Position numbers and translations under genes: made by a program. This document shows positions 59,301 to 64,000 of a stretch of 64,000 nt of DNA, piece by piece; position 1 is the first letter of the stretch; the number at the start of each line of letters is the position of its first letter. The stretch comes from Mayamaea pseudoterrestris. Lineage: Eukaryota. The stretch lies in contig BROI01000019.1 of assembly GCA_027923505.1 (NCBI GenBank), positions 558,001 through 622,000 of the forward strand. Reading direction: 5' to 3'. The notes beneath the pieces are model-generated. The model was not told the origin of the DNA. It worked only from the letters and a program-made list of their open reading frames with translations, and searched no databases.

Positions 59301-62300
59301 CTGAATAATGATGTTGGCACCATTCTGGTGTATTTTGGGCACCTACAGGGCTTGCTGTAGGGGCGTTTGAATGTCACGGCATCTGCGGGCTGAGACTGGT
59401 GACAAGTTGTCACCAAATACATTGCCATCCCCTGAGACACCAGCCAAGCCTACCATCTTGTAGCGCAGCCGGAATAAAGATATTGGCACCATTCTGGTGT
59501 ATTTTGGGCACCTACAGGGCTTGCTGTGGGGGCGTTTGAATGTCACAGCATCTGCGGGCTGAGACTGGTGACAAGTTGTCACCAAATACATTGCCATCCC
59601 CTGAGACACCAGCCAAGCCTACCATCTTGTAGCGCAGCCTGAATAATGATGTTGGCACCATTCTGGTGTATTTTGGGCACCTACAGGGCTTGCTGTAGGG
59701 GCGTTTGAATGTCACGGCATCTGCGGGCTGAGACTGGTGACAAGTTGTCACCAAATACATTGCCATCCCCTGAGACACCAGCCAAGCCTACCATCTTGTA
59801 GCGCAGCCGGAATAATGATGTTGGCACCATTCTGGTGTATTTTGGGCACCTACAGGGCTTGCTGTAGGGGCGTTTGAATGTCACGGCATCTGCGGGCTGA
59901 GACTGGTGACAAGTTGTCACCAAATACATTGCCATCCCCTGAGACACCAGCCAAGCCTACCATCTTGTAGCGCAGCCTGAATAATGATGTTGGCACCATT
60001 CTGGTGTATTTTGGGCACCTACAGGGCTTGCTGTAGGGGCGTTTGAATGTCACGGCATCTGCGGGCTGAGACTGGTGACAAGTTGTCACCAAATACATTG
60101 CCATCCCCTGAGACACCAGCCAAGCCTACCATCTTGTAGCGCAGCCTGAATAATGATGTTGGCACCATTCTGGTGTATTTTGGGCACCTACAGGGCTTGC
60201 TGTAGGGGCGTTTGAATGTCACGGCATCTGCGGGCTGAGACTGGTGACAAGTTGTCACCAAATACATTGCCATCCCCTGAGACACCAGCCAAGCCTACCA
60301 TCTTGTAGCGCAGCCGGAATAAAGATATTAGCACCATTCTGGTGTATTTTGGGCACCTACAGGGCTTGCTGTGGGGGCGTTTGAATGTCACGGCATCTGT
60401 GGGCTGTGACTGGTGACAAGTTGTCACCAAATACATTGCCATCCCCTGAGACACCAGCCAAGCCTACCATCTTGTAGCGCAGCCTGAATAATGATGTTGG
60501 CACCAATCTGGTGTATTTTGGGCACCTACAGGGCTTGCTGTAGGGGCGTTTGAATGTCACGGCATCTGCGGGCTGTGACTGGTGACAAGTTGTCACCAAA
60601 TACATTGCCATCCCCTGAGTCACCAGCCAAGCCTACCATCTTGTAGCGCAGCCTGAATAATGATGTTGGCACCAATCTGGTGTATTTTGGGCACCTACAG
60701 GGCTTGCTGTAGGGGCGTTTGAATGTCACGGCATCTGCGGGCTGTGACTGGTGACAAGTTGTCACCAAATACATTGCCATCCCCTGAGTCACCAGCCAAG
60801 CCTACCATCTTAAAGCGCAGCCTGAATAATGATGTTGGCACCATTCTGGTGTATTTTGGGCACCTACAGGGCTTGCTGTAGGGGCGTTTGAATGTCACGG
60901 CAGCTGCGGGCTGAGACTGGTGACAAGTTGTCACCAAATACATTGCCATCCCCTGAGACACCAGCCAAGCCTACCATCTTGTAGCGCAGCCTGAATAATG
61001 ATGTTGGCACCAATCTGGTGTATTTTGGGCACCTACAGGGCTTGCTGTAGGGGCGTTTGAATGTCACGGCATCTGCGGGCTGTGACTGGTGACAAGTTGT
61101 CACCAAATACATTGCCATCCCCTGAGTCACCAGCCAAGCCTACCATCTTGTAGCGCAGCCTGAATAATGATGTTGGCACCATTCTGGTGTATTTTGGGCA
61201 CCTACAGGGCTTGCTGTAGGGGCGTTTGAATGTCACGGCATCTGCGGGCTGAGACTGGTGACAAGTTGTCACCAAATACATTGCCATCCCCTGAGACACC
61301 AGCCAAGCCTACCATCTTGTAGCGCAGCCGGGATATTGATGTTGGCACCATTCTGGTGTATTTTAAGCACCTACAGGGCTTGCTGTAGGGGCATTTGAAT
61401 GTCACGGCATCTGCGGGCTGAGACTGGTGACAAGTTGTCACCAAATACATTGCCATCCCCTGAGACACCAGCCAAGCCTACCATCTTGTAGCGCAGCCTG
61501 AATAATGATGTTGGCACCAATCTGGTGTATTTTGGGCACCTACAGGGCTTGCTGTAGGGGCGTTTGAATGTCACGGCATCTGCGGGCTGAGACTGGTGAC
61601 AAGTTGTCACCAAATACATTGCCATCCCCTGAGTCACCAGCCAAGCCTACCATCTTGTAGCGCAGCCGGAATAATGATGTTGGCACCATTCTGGTGTATT
61701 TTGGGCACCTACAGGGCTTGCTGTAGGGGCGTTTGAATGTCACGGCATCTGCGGGCTGAGACTGGTGACAAGTTGTCACCAAATACATTGCCATCCCCTG
61801 AGACACCAGCCAAGCCTACCATCTTGTAGCGCAGCCTGAATAATGATGTTGGCACCATTCTGGTGTATTTTGGGCACCTACAGGGCTTGCTGTAGGGGCG
61901 TTTGAATGTCACGGCATCTGCGGGCTGAGACTGGTGACAAGTTGTCACCAAATACATTGCCATCCCCTGAGACACCAGCCAAGCCTACCATCTTGTAGCG
62001 CAGCCTGAATAATGATGTTGGCACCATTCTGGTGTATTTTGGGCACCTACAGGGCTTGCTGTAGGGGCGTTTGAATGTCACGGCATCTGCGGGCTGAGAC
62101 TGGTGACAAGTTGTCACCAAATACATTGCCATCCCCTGAGACACCAGCCAAGCCTACCATCTTGTAGCGCAGCCTGAATAATGATGTTGGCACCATTCTG
62201 GTGTATTTTGGGCACCTACAGGGCTTGCTGTAGGGGCGTTTGAATGTCACGGCATCTGCGGGCTGAGACTGGTGACAAGTTGTCACCAAATACATTGCCA

Positions 62301-64000
62301 TCCCCTGAGTCACCAGCCAAGCCTACCATCTTGTAGCGCAGCCTGAATAATGATGTTGGCACCATTCTGGTGTATTTTGGGCACCTACAGGGCTTGCTGT
62401 AGGGGCGTTTGAATGTCACGGCATCTGCGGGCTGAGACTGGTGACAAGTTGTCACCAAATACATTGCCATCCCCTGAGACACCAGCCAAGCCTACCATCT
62501 TGTAGCGCAGCCTGAATAATGATGTTGGCACCATTCTGGTGTATTTTGGGCACCTACAGGGCTTGCTGTAGGGGCGTTTGAATGTCACGGCATCTGCGGG
62601 CTGTGACTGGTGACAAGTTGTCACCAAATACATTGCCATCCCCTGAGACACCAGCCAAGCCTACCATCTTGTAGCGCAGCCTGAATAATGATGTTGGCAC
62701 CATTCTGGTGTATTTTGGGCACCTACAGGGCTTGCTGTAGGGGCGTTTGAATGTCACGGCATCTGCGGGCTGAGACTGGTGACAAGTTGTCACCAAATAC
62801 ATTGCCATCCCCTGAGACACCAGCCAAGCCTACCATCTTGAAGCGCAGCCTGAATAATGATGTTGGCACCATTCTGGTGTATTTTGGGCACCTACAGGGC
62901 TTGCTGTAGGGGCGTTTGAATGTCACGGCATCTGCGGGCTGAGACTGGTGACAAGTTGTCACCAAATACATTGCCATCCCCTGAGACACCAGCCAAGCCT
63001 ACCATCTTGTAGCGCAGCCTGAATAATGATGTTGGCAACATTCTGGTGTATTTTGGGCACCTACAGGGCTTGCTGCAGGGGCGTTTGAATGTCACGGCAT
63101 CTGCGGGCTGAGACTGGTGACAAGTTGTCACCAAATACATTGCCATCCCCTGAGACACCAGCCAAGCCTAACATCTTGTAGCGCAGCCTGAATAATGATG
63201 TTGGCACCATTCTGGTGTATTTTGGGCACCTACAGGGCTTGCTGTAGGGGCGTTTGAATGTCACGGCATCTGCGGGCTGAGACTGGTGACAAGTTGTCAC
63301 CAAATACATTGCCATCCCCTGAGACACCAGCCAAGCCTACCATCTTGTAGCGCAGCCTGAATAATGATGTTGGCACCAATCTGGTGTATTTTGGGCACCT
63401 ACAGGGCTTGCTGTAGGGGTGTTTGAATGTCACGGCATCTGCGGGCTGTGACTGGTGACAAGTTGTCACCAAATACATTGCCATCCCCTAAGTCACCAGC
63501 CAAGCCTACCATCTTAAAGCGCAGCCTGAGTAATGATGTTGGCACCATTCTGGTGTATTTTGGGCACCTACAGGGCTTGCTGTAGGGGCGTTTGAATGTC
63601 ACGGCAGCTGCGGGCTGAGACTGGTGACAAGTTGTCACCAAATACATTGCCATCCCCTGAGACACCAGCCAAGCCTACCATCTTGTAGCACAGCCGGAAT
63701 AATGATGTTGGCACCATTCTGGTGTATTTTGGGCACCTACAGGGCTTGCTGTAGGGGCGTTGGAATGTCACGGCATCTGCGGGCTGAGACTGGTGACGAG
63801 TTGTCACCAAATACATTGCCATCCCCTGAGACACCAGCCAAGCCTACCATCTTGTAGCGCAGCCTGAATAATGATGTTGGCACCATTCTGGTGTATTTTG
63901 GGCACCTACAGGGCTTGCTGTAGGGGCGTTTGAATGTCACGGCATCTGCGGGCTGAGACTGGTGACAAGTTGTCACCAAATACATTGCCATCCCCTGAGA
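53331..64000. repeat. Homogeneous 169-bp tandem satellite, ~63 monomers, continuing past the window end
   Basis: Consensus CATTGCCATCCCCTGAGACACCAGCCAAGCCTACCATCTTGTAGCGCAGCCTGAATAATGATGTTGGCACCATTCTGGTGTATTTTGGGCACCTACAGGGCTTGCTGTAGGGGCGTTTGAATGTCACGGCATCTGCGGGCTGAGACTGGTGACAAGTTGTCACCAAATA; ORF-track starts recur every 169 nt. Confidence 0.98.

Noticed and set aside
53243..63991. About 60 near-identical 88-aa minus-strand ORFs (MSQGMAMYLVTT...)
   Set aside because: Artefact of translating a 169-nt repeat (not a multiple of 3): the ORFs overlap, start at non-ATG codons and tolerate indels and stops.
53331..64000. CRISPR array, suggested by regularly spaced palindromes
   Set aside because: Sequence between palindromes is as conserved as the palindromes (no unique spacers), there are no cas genes, and the context is eukaryotic.
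53331..64000. Tandem 5S rRNA, tRNA, snRNA or hammerhead ribozyme array
   Set aside because: By eye I found no 5S, T-loop GTTCRA, U1 5' end or CTGANGA/GAAA hammerhead core in the monomer; an Rfam cmscan would settle it.

Overview
Eukaryotic nuclear DNA, inferred to be a diatom (compact intergenic spacers, short GT-AG introns, diatom-type secreted/membrane protein families, a bipartite plastid-targeting leader). Bases 1 to ~52,100 are gene-dense (~25 genes). They include NOP58, a RING-H2 protein, PP2A B56, a thioredoxin-fold protein, a ferredoxin/metallo-beta-lactamase fusion, a double C-type lectin with a Pro/Ser stalk, two ABCB half-transporters, PIG-X-like, MFS, PHD-HMG-bromo-SET, ankyrin, SGNH/SASA, LRR, HTTM, a bacterial-type C5 DNA methyltransferase and a Band-7/HIR gene. 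From ~52,328 to the window end lies a 169-bp tandem satellite: about 6 diverged edge monomers, then about 63 highly homogeneous ones. It carries several palindromes per monomer, higher-order variant blocks and a CpG-deamination signature, making it a candidate centromeric or heterochromatic array. Other oddities are a 208-aa ORF nested in a 989-nt PP2A intron, a degenerate element flanked by a 16-bp direct repeat, two 79-bp inverted-repeat elements, four related type-I membrane proteins, and two genes each broken by a single lesion. All calls were made by eye; no searches were run.
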